From the NCBI GenBank assembly GCA_051294375.1, contig CM119268.1, positions 23,261,762-23,325,761 of the forward strand: a stretch of 64,000 bases of DNA, in the 5' to 3' direction. The translations under genes were made by a program, and so were the position numbers. The notes under the pieces were generated by a model. The model was given only the letters and a program-made list of their open reading frames with translations. It searched no databases and was not told the origin of the DNA. Positions 13,887-26,653 of this stretch are shown one piece after another. How positions within the stretch are numbered: the stretch's first letter is position 1; the number at the start of each line of letters is the position of its first letter. The stretch is from Paraspadella gotoi. Its lineage: Eukaryota; Animalia; Chaetognatha.

Positions 13887-16800
13887 CCTAATTCACCTCC
13901 ACATTGGCTTTCATTCGCCGGGATTTTGTCATTGGCTTTTTCCCTCTCAGTTGATTGAATCTGGAACGGAAAGCATTGTTTGAGTTTAGGTCATTCCTTC
14001 ATACCGCCAGGTTCGCATGGAGCGTCAAGTCCGTGTAGATGGCCGACATCTTCATTCTCCAGGGAATTAGTAGAAGTAGGACATTGTACTGCGAAATGTG
14101 AAAGCGGATAAAGATTGTCATTTTTGGCTTTATATCCAAGAACCGCCAACATTTTATCTTAAATTCGAAATTTGGTTATTTTTTAAAGATTGGTTAAAGG
14201 TGAAGGAATTATGTTTGGAAAGGGATCTGGTAGTGATGAGGGGAAGGATTTCGTTAGGGTCTTCAGTGGTTATTAGGTTAGAGTCTAGGGTTAGGAATTG
14301 GCGTGTTAGGGAATTAGTGTTTAGGGATTGGTTAGTAAAATGTTAGAAATATTTTTAGGTTAAATATTAAAGTAAAAAAATAAATTTCTCCGAAAAACTT
14401 AGAGGAGGTATTTTTGCGAAAAGAGAGCCACGATGTTTTTTTGTTATTGGGTATTTAATTTTCTAAGTTTTAATCGGTCAGGCTATGGGATTATTTAGAA
14501 GTTTTGGTTTAGGGTACAAGATTTGGGTTAATTATTAAGGCTTAAGAATAAAGCGATAAGATGGTATTTCTGTATTAGGGTTAGGAATTAAAGGTTTAAG
14601 AATTAAGGTTTTAAATTACGTATTTTGATTAAAAGATTAGGGTTTAAAACATTTCAAACATTTTCCGAAAATAGTTGCTCAATTCCTATAAAATTTGGTA
14701 CAACCATTTAAAAAAAATTATCCATTTCATTAAAATAAAGCTATCTTGCCCCTGACTTTTTACTGTTTTTCTCCCAACCTTGAAACACTTTTAAAATGAC
14801 TGGAATGTCCATCAACGACGATGAGGAATCCGCTGAACAACATGACGATTGTCCAGGATTGGGCGTCACCAACGACGCCGCCACGTTGGAACGAGTTGGA
14901 GAGACTCGAGGCAAAGAGACCACTATGGAGATTGCAACGGGCAGCGACCATCAGGTTTGTGCCAAGGATGAAAGGATAAACGGCGGAAGTGTCGATTTGC
15001 TGGGCCGACTTGGAGAGATTTGGGTGAAAGCTGAGAATATTAAACCACTTTGGGACCCTTGGGCGTCTCACCCATGATTTTAATTTTACACCATCCAATC
15101 AATCTTAACTCTCCATCTTTCAGTTTTTATTCATTTCCCTGTATTTCCCCTCATCTATCATCCAACTATTTTACACCTTATAAATTGAAATCAGAAATCC
15201 CAGTCCCCTTATCCATTTTGTAAATTCCTGTCCCAAATGTAATTCCCCTTAATACCTTTTGTATCGTGTCCCCCAAAAATGTAATTCCCCTTATCCATTT
15301 TGTAAAATCCTGTCCCCAAAATGTAATTCCCCTTATCCATTATTGTAAATCATTTTGGTCTCCAAAATTATTCCCCTTATCCTTTTGTAATCCTGTCCCC
15401 TCAAAATGTAATTCCCCTTATTCATTATGTACATTACGGCCTCCAAATCAAAAGTCCATTTTAAAATTCCAAATTCCTAAAATCCAGGTCCTTCTAAAAT
15501 CGCAAATTCCCCTCTCTTACTCCTTTACCGAGAGGTCGACTAGGTTTCCTTGAGAAGACCATCCAGCTTAGATTAATGTTGATGATGATCATCGAAGTGA
15601 CAAAAAAAATCTCAAGGAGAAAAAGAAGAGATGAAGATGGCGAATGTAATAAACTACCGTCTTGTAGACTCCGCCTTAGATAATCTCTGGAATGAGAGAA
15701 TAAGTCTTTTTCAAGCTTTCCTTTAATCTTCTTTTCATTGTGTAGTTAAGTAATTTTATTCTTGCATTTGAAATAATTAATGAAGAATTTAAATTTATAA
15801 TAATTATGTATATTTATTTCTTTCTGAACGCGCATAACGTCATATATCTGAATCAGAATATTATAAAAGACCTCTCTTGATGGCTTTGATTCCAATCTAG
15901 TTGCCATCACAGCGTGCCCATCTTCACCTGATCACGACATCATATGTTGTCAGGAATCAAAACGATGAGCAGCATGATGGTGCTGGTGGAGACGCAGATA
16001 GTGATGTGTGTAAGAGGAGCCCCGCGGAATTGCTCTGGCTGGGCGCTCACTTTGCGGAAGTCCAATGTGGAACCACGGGTGATTCCAATGATAAGACTCA
16101 AGGACTGTTGGAATAAAATTAAAGTGGTGGTGTAGCTTATATAATTATATCGTGAAGACATTGAAGTGAGCTGAAGAGTGCTATCCGCACTTCTTTTGAC
16201 CCCTTCTAGCAAGCCATGGAACGGGTTCCTGGGCTTGGAACCAGGCTTGAGAGTTTCTAGGCCCCAAAGCGGTTTATGGCCGTACCACACGCTTCCCAAA
16301 TGGTAGTTACCATGGGGATAAATCCCGAAAATATAATGTTCATGAGCTGATGGTGGTCTCAAATGGAGCCACCGAGTTCATGACTGAATATTTCATTGCT
16401 AAGTAGGTGGGCGTGAACTTTTTTAGAAATGCCGACTACAATTACGAGGTCAATCCTTTTGGTCAGGAATAAGATCAATATTTTTGCGTCGATCTTGAAA
16501 GATCATTAGGTCAAAGTACCATTGGTCAACTTTCCAGTTTATTGCCTCAATGAGGTTACAAGAATAAAAGTTTACTAAAGCGGTGCCAGGTCATACTTGC
16601 TCATGCTTGGTACTCCGAGTGTTGAGATGAGACGAACTAAAAAGGACATGGGCTCTCTCATAGTCGCTATAGTTTGACGCTTAAAGATCTCGCCAAACCT
16701 GTCAAAAAAACAAACAAAAAAAAACAGAAAGGCTTATTTCAAACCATCTAGATGTTTTCTTTTACATATTTGTAAATTGCAATATGTAGCCCAACGTTAC

Positions 16801-19800
16801 CAGGCTTAAACTCTCAACCTGCCGATTGAACAATAGGTATTTTTTTGCCAACACGACAAACTTGACTTTGTTATCCCGAAAAATTAGCCGATCCTGGCGA
16901 ATTTGATTAGATCATCAATGTCCTGAAAAAAGAATCAGTTTCTCAGCGATGCATTTATAGATGTATTCTCTCTTTCTCTCTCTTTGCTCTTCTCTCTCTT
17001 TCCATCCCTCATATTTTCTTCAAAGCATCTGTCTAAATGGTCAAACACATCTGTCTAATGTCAATGCCCCTGTCTAATGTTAACGCACCTAGTCTAATGT
17101 CAATTCGCTCCTGTCTAATTCAACGCCAACCTGTTTAATATCAACGCACCTGTCGTAACGTCATTGCGCATTTGTCTAATGTCAAACCGCACCTGTCTAA
17201 TTATCAGCGCATTCTTTGCTTGCTCTCAAAAGCCTCCGTCAATTTTCTGAACTCTTTCGCTTGACACTGATCCTCTTTGCCAGGAATCACGGCAAAGTGA
17301 AGATTAATGATTCGGCCGGGTTGATATGCCTGAGGGCACGGAAACCCCGCCCGTTAAAGGCAGCCATTGCAGTCGACCGGTTAGAGGCGATTGAAAGGGG
17401 CACCTCCCTTCGGCCATGATGCAAATTCTGTGTTTTGTAGAGATTGAGGACGACTAAAATGTTTTGCAAAATAATTGCTAAAATATTGCTTAAATATTAC
17501 TCTAAAAAAAACAGAGGCGTTCATTTAAGCTTAACATAATTCCAAATTAAAAGAAGCACAATAGGTCAAAACCGTTTAAAGAGGCACATATGTTCAAATG
17601 AAATTAGGCCGATGAGTTTCAAAAATAAAAGAAAAGCAAACCTAATTGCACATTTTTGAGTCAAATTCACCACTGATCGAATAGTTCAAAAAGTCTCTGA
17701 ACTGGGCTTATGGATATGTGCAGGCGTATCGTTTGCGGTCCCGGTCGCAGCGTAAGTCCTTCAAGACTTGAACGAGGGATCTCGCCATGAAAGAATCCAA
17801 ACCGGAAGTTTGGGTTCATCACAAAAAGATGAGCGTCGGTTTGGCTTAGGATTTCAGTGCGCAAGGCCAATCGCTTGGGCCTCACCCACCAGATATGCCT
17901 GTGCAGAGATGAATCAGCGATAAAATTATGGATGTATACAATGATGATATTAAAAACATGAAAAACTTGAAACTTGAAAAACAAGTTCAGGCGGAAAGAC
18001 CCAGTATAACACGAATCCATATTAAAATTATCCATTCATTTAATAAATAAGCAATCTCTTGCCCCTGAACATTGGACAGGGCTATGGTGTTAAGGCCTCC
18101 ATCCACTCTAACAAGGCAATAAATAGCAAAACTCCTGTAAGCTTTCAAAATCAAGACTTCTTTACACAGTCTTCGCGTTATTCACTCCCAGTGTACCCGG
18201 CTTGGGTTTACCAATGGTAGCGTGTAATATTTTCAATTGTATAAAAAAGGACCAAGCATTAGATTGCGGGAATAGCATTACTCCACACTTAGCATCGAAA
18301 TACAGGCTGAATTTTATGAAATTGGTGCAACCAATATTATTTTTACCTTGCAAAGACAGATGGTATGAAGTCTGAGAATTTAATTGATAATTAATGTACT
18401 TTTGGCTGCCCAAAAAATTGGGACAAATTTGAAAAGGCCACTCATTCCTATTTGATTTCGCATCACCCTTTGGCACAAAGCAAGCGTCCCTTTTCGGTAT
18501 TCCAATTATTCAATCACCTCGCCGCCTCGATTCCAAACTCCTTACTTGTAAGTTCCAGGTTTTCCAATCTTCACATTTTCACACTTTTTGAGTCCCATCT
18601 GTTCGCATTCACGCTCTCCACTTCTCTTCTTTCCTTCTCACTCCTCTTTTCCTTCTCATTCTCAGCCATGAGCGGAAGAGAAGATGCTCGCTTGACTTTG
18701 AGTCCGCCCATGAATGATATCGTCTTGTTGCACGAAGACGGAAATTGTTGCACATGTCATTTTGGTCCGATGGAGGAGGAGAGAGGTTTAAAGGAGGGAG
18801 AGAACCTTTTTTTACTTGGGACAAGGATTAAAGACGTAATAGACGTTCTTTTGTGCCAAATGTTAGGTGACATTCATTCCCATACACACACTTCATTAGT
18901 CTTTATTACATTCATTTATACATTCAATCATATGATTCATTCATAATTTTATTATGATTCAATCATTCAATTAATTAATTATTAATTAATTAAATTAATT
19001 GGCACTGTTTTTCAAAGGCGCCCTTTTTCTATTTCCTAATCCTTGAACTTTAATTTTACTCTAAGTCTCTAATTTTATTTTCTAATCCTAAATCCTAATC
19101 GTCAACAAAAACTTAAATCATATCCTTAACTCTAAATCCCTATTCCTTTAATCTACCCTAATCCCTATCCTTAATTCTACCCTAATCCTATCCTTTAATC
19201 TACCCTAATCTTTGAACCAAAAAAACTTAAATTTATTCCTAGATTTAAGCTGAAAAGGGGCGCTTTTGGCAAAAAAACGTCGCTTTTTTTTGGTTTTATC
19301 TAGATGGGGTCATTTCATTGACCGTTTTTTTTTGATAAAAGAATGTCAGAATCAAAATGAGGCCAGTACCATTTGTACCATTTGGGTTTAGGCTGATACT
19401 TCAGCGATGGGAACGAGACAAGAAAAGCAAACAATGTGCAATTAGAAAACAACGAGGTGAAACCCAAAAAAAAAACAAAAAGAACCGAAAGTGTTTCTTT
19501 TTTTTTGGGGGGGGGGGTGGGTTTAGAAAGGAAAAAGGAAAAGAAAAAAAAGAAGAAAATAACCGTTTTTTTGATCCACTTAGCAAAAGAGAGGGTTGTA
19601 TTATTGTATTTTCTTATCTCAATTAACATGTTTTTATAACGCACTTAAATTCTAATTAAAAAAAAATATATCACGTACACTAATTTTATTTGTATTCAAT
19701 TTGTTGTTTAAAATTATTCATTTATTTTATTTGTCATATTTTTAATTTCATTTTTAAACACCCTATTTACTTTTTTCTCCATTTTGCAGAATTTCGACAC

Positions 19801-19883
19801 CTTAACTTTCGAGATCCCGCCAGTATTTTCCATTCGTTGTCTTTTCAATCCCCTTGAGGGAAAATAATCTCATATCTGAGCCA

Positions 19884-19920
<37 letters not shown>

Positions 19921-20007
19921 CTCTCTCAATACATACAACTATACATATATAATATATACATTCTCTTTCTTTCTTTCTTTTCTTTCTTTCTTCTCTCTTT
20001 CTCTCTT

Positions 20008-20040
<33 letters not shown>

Positions 20041-20091
20041 CTCTTTCTTTCTCTCTCTTTCTCTTTCTTACTCTTTCCTTTTTCTTACTTA

Positions 20092-20122
<31 letters not shown>

Positions 20123-20669
20123 GATGACTTTTCTCATTTTCGGTTCGATTGTCCGTCTGTCTGTCCGCCTGCATACAATTTGTCGGCGACTAACCTTAAA
20201 ACTAGACATTAGTTGAAAAAAAGAAAAGCAGAGAGAGATCGAGCGGACCGAGCGGAAATAAGAAATGAAAAGCAAAGTTTAAAAAGGAACATAAATAGTT
20301 TTTCTTGTAGTCTTTTAGACCTTTCTTGTTCTTAACTTTAATGAAAATTTTGTGATTTGAAAACTTCAGGTGTCGTTGACCAACAGAATGTTAAAATTTA
20401 AAATTACAAAAACACAAACTAATAATTAAAAAGAATAAAAATATTAGCCGGAGAAAAAATATCACAAATTAAAATATGAGAAATTTAGAAGCAGGGGAAC
20501 AAGAAAACACGATTACGATTAAAGCCGTTAGCCTTACCGGCCAACAATATATATCTACAACGAACAATTGAAAGGAATAATTAATAAATATTGTAAATGC
20601 GTCACATTAAAAATGAATTTACTTCCTAAAAACGTCTCCCTCCCTCTCTCTCTCTCTCCTCTCTCTCTC

Positions 20670-20723
<54 letters not shown>

Positions 20724-20871
20724 TCATTTAACTGGCATTTCTGTGTATCTTCATGCTCCAGCAACCCCACCTTTTTATACGTTTACAGCATTTACGGATT
20801 ATCTCTATTCTATTTTCGTTATTATTCCATTTCGTTCGGAATATTCTCTTCTCTCTCCTCTCTCTCTCTCT

Positions 20872-20919
<48 letters not shown>

Positions 20920-21370
20920 CAGGTTATCTCGAATTCCGCTTTATGGTTTTTGGCTACAATAATAAACCGACAAAAGCAAAGATGCCCATTTTCTTTTCTT
21001 TTCCTCCCTTCCTTCCTCTAACCCCTTAAACTTACTTTTCCTCATTTCCTTTTCCTTTCTCTCCTTTCTTTCATCTACTCTCTTTCTCTCTCTCCTTCTT
21101 CCCGTCTCTTCCTCTCTCCTCTATATTACATTCCTTCCTCTGACTCTTCTCTATTTCCACTTCTTTCTCCCTTCTTATCCTCTCCATCCTCTCTCTCCTC
21201 TTTCCTCCCCACCCCCCTTCTCTCTTCTTTCTCTCAATCTCCTTCTCTTCTTTCTCCTCTTTCTCTCTCTCTCTCTCTTTTTCTCTCTCTTCCCCTTGTC
21301 TCTCTCTCTTCTTTTTCCCTCTTCTCTCCCCCTCCTCCCACCCCTCCCTCTCCTCTCTTCTCTCTCTCTC

Positions 21371-21404
<34 letters not shown>

Positions 21405-21592
21405 GAATATCTGATGGAAACTTTGGATAATTTTCTCTTCTTTATGCAGACAAGAGGAACCAAAACGTTTGTTTCTTCCGAAGAAAAATTCAGAAGAAAG
21501 CCAACAATTTTTAGTTGCGTTCGGCGAGTATAAGTCAGTTTTCGAGTCGCGTCGTTTCGATCTGATGGAACAATAATAATAATAATAATAAT

Positions 21593-21629
<37 letters not shown>

Positions 21630-23723
21630 ATAACAATATATAACTTGGTCTTGGCTAAGATACTCCCTTTGGTTTGACTCTTTTGTTATTTTTGCGCATA
21701 GAACATTGGAAAATCTCGGGCGGACTGATTTAGCGTTTCCCCTTTCATTTTTAAAGGGGAAACAGAATTTCCGATGCAGTGGATGTCCAACGCTCACATG
21801 ATGTCACCATAAAAAAGTCACTGCGGGAGCAAAAAACTTTTTGGAATTTCCCTTCTTTGCTCTTGTTTGTTTCGTTCTGCGTTTTGTTTGTTAATTTGTT
21901 TTTTATTGTATTCATTTCATTTTCTTCAATAATTCATTCACACATTCATTGATTAATTTGTTTCTTCCATATGTTCATCATTCATTTCATCATTTCATTC
22001 ATTCGTTCATTCGTTCATTCGTTTCATTTATTCACTCATGTTCTACATTTAATATTTTTTACATTTCTTTATTAATATTTTTTATTAATTTTCAATCCAC
22101 CCTATCCCTCTCCATTCCTTTCCCACCCCCCAATTACATCCTCTCCCCCTAATTACATCCCCTCCCAACCAATTACAATCCCTTTCCCACCCAATTTAAC
22201 ATCCCTCTCCAACCCAATTACTTCCCCTCCACCCATTACATCCCTCTCCCCACACCAATTACATCCCTCTCCCACCCAATTACATCCCTCTCCCTCTAAA
22301 CCCTTTCTCACCCTGATGTCCATTCAGCATGACCTTCCCTTGTACGATAAGTCCGGCCAGATTTCTAAAGTTAAGGATATTGAGCAGAGTCGTCTTTCCG
22401 GCGCCCGATGCGCCCATCAGCGCCATGAGACTGCAAGGTGTCACGATCCCATCAACTTTACGAAGAATTTCTTTAGATGGAATTTTCTTCGATCCGCAGC
22501 CTAAAAAAAAAACAGGGTAGCGGGTTTAGTTTACTTTGATTACTGTTTTTTTATGAATTTATTTAGAAAATATTTTTTTGGGGTTAAATTAAAAAAGGCC
22601 AATATCTCTCTCTCTTTCTCTCTTTGTGGTTCTCTTTCTATCTCTCTCTGTCTCGCTGAATACCGCTAAATGCCCGCGTGCAGATCCGGCGTTGTTTGCT
22701 CAAACATGTTTAAGTATAACTCTCTTGCTCTCTCTCTCTCTCTCTTCCTTCTTTCTCTTGCTCTCACTTCTCTCTGCTCTCTCCAGATAGGCAAGTTCGC
22801 TTGGGTCGTGCCTTATTAATGTTATTTTAAATATTTTTACATTTACTGATGGGAAATGATGTCACATTTCAAATCAATCGACCCACGCGTTGAAAAATAA
22901 TCTACAAAAAATGGTCATTTTCCACGCCCAATTTTTAACAAATCTGCGTTCGTTAAATTTTCTTTTTGGTTCCACTTAAATTTTTAGCTTTGGCCGAGTG
23001 ACTTAATTGGTAATAAAAAATTGATTTTCTTTGATATCTTTTGAACCAAAAATGATAGAACGATGAGACTGGTATAATTATATGCTATAATTATAGGCAT
23101 ATTTTCCATATAATTTTTCTCAAATGTTTCAAAAGGTTTTTTTTTAAATCTGGATCGGAATCTTAGTCAAAAGTATAACTTTTGAAATTAAATTAAACAC
23201 ACTTGGCCGTATTTAAAAAAATAAATAAATATAGATTCTGAAAGAGAAAAGATTGAATTATGTTTCTGATATAAACAAACATTTTTTAAGGTTCAATTGT
23301 TTATATAATTACTAAGGATAATGAATTATCATTTTGTTAAAAACAAAAAAAATTTTAAAAAATCATGTAGGAACCTTAAAAAACATATGAAAATTTAGGA
23401 GTTGAAACTTTATTCCGGATGATTTAAATACTACTGATATAGGGCTAAAAGACTGTATTATCAGATTTTTAAATTTTTGTCATCTTCAGGTGCAAATTAA
23501 AACCTTTGCATAATGCCCATTAGCTATATTATTATTTTTTAGTCAAGACCTTTATGGATTTTCTTTGTTCCGGCGGCGTTGAATAGCCCAAATACTGCAG
23601 TTGCAGAAATCATCCATGGTTTTGTAATAATTACTGCGCTACTGGTGCAAAAATTGCGATGAACCAAAATTATCAGAAACCGCTTCGTTCTTTCGGGTTT
23701 TTTTCTAAGCGCGGAGCGACATA

Positions 23724-23775
<52 letters not shown>

Positions 23776-24332
23776 AACCTTTTGGCTTGCTAGTGACTTG
23801 AATGTCCTTCCAGGACAAAGTGAGTCGATCATCGCCGGCGATTTCGTCTTTGTCGTCGATCCCTGATTCTGACAAAACACCCGAGAGACGATGAGTTCGA
23901 AGATTTGAGGAGACGCGACTGAGAAGATTTAGTTGGAGTTGAATTGATTTGGTTAGATTTGATTAGATTTGATTTGTTTTATTTCGTTTATTCATTCAGA
24001 TTTACTCAATTCAACTTTAAATTCATTCATTCATTCCAATTAATTTTAATTATTTGATTCATTGATTCATTCATTGATTCATTCATTGATTCAATCATTC
24101 ATTGATTCATTCATTCATTGATTCATTCATTCATTCTTTCATTATATATTTATTCGTTCTTTTAATCATTCTTCCTTCATTCATTCATCTGTTTACTCAT
24201 AAAATCATTCATTCATCCTCCATTCATTCATTAATTCACTTATTAAATAATTAATTAATTACGTAATTAATTAATTATATATCATATATTCTTTACCTGA
24301 CCGTGGTTCGATAACCTACGTCCTCCTATCAT
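13887..24332 (-). CDS. White/scarlet-family ABCG half-transporter gene A, most complete copy. Multi-exon; last exon not present in this copy; many 1-bp indels in 13.9-21.8 kb.
   Basis: GT-AG bounded exons: 23779-23918 ([13 protein letters not shown]), 22312-22500 (Walker [17 protein letters not shown]), ~18546-18770 (Q-loop), ~17673-17899 (signature/Walker B), ~17193-17426, ~16818-16922, ~16617-16698, ~15920-16104 (TM1-2), ~15528-15688, ~14778-15017 ([10 protein letters not shown]), ~13887-14088. Exon 1 at ~24297-24332 is tentative and needs a 1-bp correction. Confidence 0.85.
15195..15430. repeat. ~40-bp intronic minisatellite in gene A (also 6540-6790)
   Basis: Repeated AAAATGTAATTCCCCTTATCCATTTTGTAAAATCCTGTCCCC. 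Confidence 0.8.
22125..22295. repeat. ~20-bp minisatellite next to the Walker A exon donor
   Basis: Repeated CCAATTACATCCCTCTCCC(AC). Confidence 0.85.
22312..22500 (-). CDS. Gene A exon with Walker A motif
   Basis: Clean frame [63 protein letters not shown], between a TTTTAG acceptor and a GTGAG donor. Missed by the ORF track on this strand. Confidence 0.93.
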
Positions 24333-25659
24333 ATTGAGTTCTTTAATTGTTATTTGCGACTAAAATGAATATTAATTTGTCGCTTCAACTTTTGTTCATG
24401 TTTTAACTATATTAAGTTTTTAAATTAAAATTCTAGAAATCTTTCTCAGGATCGGAGATAATTAACAAATGGAAATGAAAAATTCTGATTTATTGACGAA
24501 AAAAAAACAATTAAACAAAAAAAAAATTTCATTGTAATATTAATTTTTTTTACTCATTAGGACTAAGGGGTGAACTAAAGTAATATTTTGCCTGATTAAC
24601 TAAGCAAAGTGTTATTGAAAGATAGGCAATTTCTGAATCAAAATAATTTGCTTATATTTATTTTTAAAGATAAATAAAATAATATATTTTCTTTTATTGT
24701 TTTAATTTCATTATCAACTATATTTTCAATTTGTTATTACTATATTTTAAGCCCAAAAATACTTTTCCCAGATGGCATGAAATATGAGTATCAGCATTAA
24801 GTGTGCAAACTACTTGGCTACTACCAGACCCAGAACCAATAAAATTATTAAAGAAGATTAATTCATTGATAAATAAAAAAATTAACAGATAATAAAAAAA
24901 ATTAGTAATAACAATAAGGATGCATACATTTAAAGAGATTTGAAATGTAAAGTATTCAGTTGAATCCTGATATGATTGACAAGATTAAAACCTCGATCAA
25001 AGATGATGTAAAAATGTACACAAGACTCAAGTCGCCCAAAACTGTTTTGTATCGTATTTAGAAAGTCAAAGCTCATTAGAATTCTTTGCAGAATATGATA
25101 TGGATTACTCAATACCTCCCTAGCTGATTATATTAAAAAATTCGAGCTCGATATAGAAAGTAAATATCCTATGGATATGATTTTCAAATAAAAAAAATCT
25201 AAAAAAAATCTCCTATTTTAACTCAAAGTAAAAAATGGCATTCTTGAACATACTTAAAAATGAAATAAAAGAAAAATAATTAAAAACAACTATATAATAG
25301 ACTCCAACCCCTGTCACCAAACACCAAATACCAAACACCAAACATATTCTTAGCTATTAGTTTTTCTTTATAAAATTATTTTATCTTTCATTAAAAATAT
25401 TTGGGCTAAAACTAATTGAATTTCAATGTTGAGCAAATTAAAGTTTTATATTTGATAAAGATTTTGTTTAAAAATTAATACCATAAAATATCCTATTTTG
25501 CTATTTTTTTAATTTTATATGAAAATTTGCAAAATTACTTGTTTCACTATCTTATATTTTTATATTTTATAAATGTTTTACTATTTAAACAATATTATTT
25601 AATTATATATATATTACTTTTTAAAAATATTATATGCTTATTATATCTAATAACTCATT

Positions 25660-26335
25660 TTGGGAGGGGAGGTCAGTGTTGTCTTCTGGAAATAGAAGGA
25701 GCTTCTATACAACACAAGGTTAGACTACAATAGAATACAATAGTAGCGGTAGCCGACCAAATTCAAATTTTAATGGGAACAGCATTAAACTCAATTCATT
25801 ATTGGTATTAATTATTGTGTTAAAATATTTTTTTGCAAAAATGTTCCGAACCATGAGTAATTCGCTAATTATTATATTATATTGCTATATAATGTTAAAA
25901 TTTTTTTTTGGTAATTTTAAGTTTTTTTAATTGATTCTGATAGAGCTTAAAAAGTTAAGCAAAAATATAATTACAACTTTTTAAAATTTTGATGTTTTAT
26001 TACTAAAATTAGTAAAAACTGCTAAAATATCGGATAATGATGATGATTTTTCAAGGTTTTTCTTAATTTTAACACCACTTATCATCAAAATATTGAAAAA
26101 AGAATTATACTTTGTGTAGATAACTTTTTATAAGCTATTTGAAATCTGCTTTTAAAAATAAAAAAATTCAAAAAAAATTTTTTGACATTTCCTATCTATA
26201 AATAAATATTAAAAAATTAATTACTAATGCTTCTTGCCATTTTTAGAAAATTTTGCTCCATTGAAAGTTCTCTCAGAAATGATGAAGTTTCACATTTGAA
26301 AAAGGTTCCAAATCAAACTTCTGACCCACCCCATT
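25660..26335. mobile_element. Degenerate palindromic MITE-like remnant between B1 and A
   Basis: Imperfect inverted similarity between ~25895-26000 and ~26080-26182. The ends GGGGAGGTCAG and CTGACCCACCCC are weakly complementary. Confidence 0.35.
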
Positions 26336-26653
26336 GACGAGAGTGTTGTCACAATTAGACTACAATATTTAATTATATAATTTGGCTTTAAAATTATTAA
26401 AGATAACATTTTCCTTTTACATCTTAGCAAATTAGATCATTAAGTTTATCAGGATATCTTAATTTTAAGATACCTTTCCACAATTAAAAATTGCCTACTT
26501 TATTCAGTTAACTATTGAGTAAACCAAAAAATGTGTCTATTACCTATTTAAGAAAAAATCTTTTGCCTAAGTTCACCCTTAATTAGGACTAGTTCCGTTG
26601 TATCTTCTACTTCTCTCTTGATAATTCTCTCCTTCCCTTCTTCTCCTTCCTCC

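Noticed and set aside
3455-21797. Many ER-, SL- and F-rich ORFs in the ORF track
   Set aside because: They are translations of (GA/CT)n microsatellites or run through N gaps.
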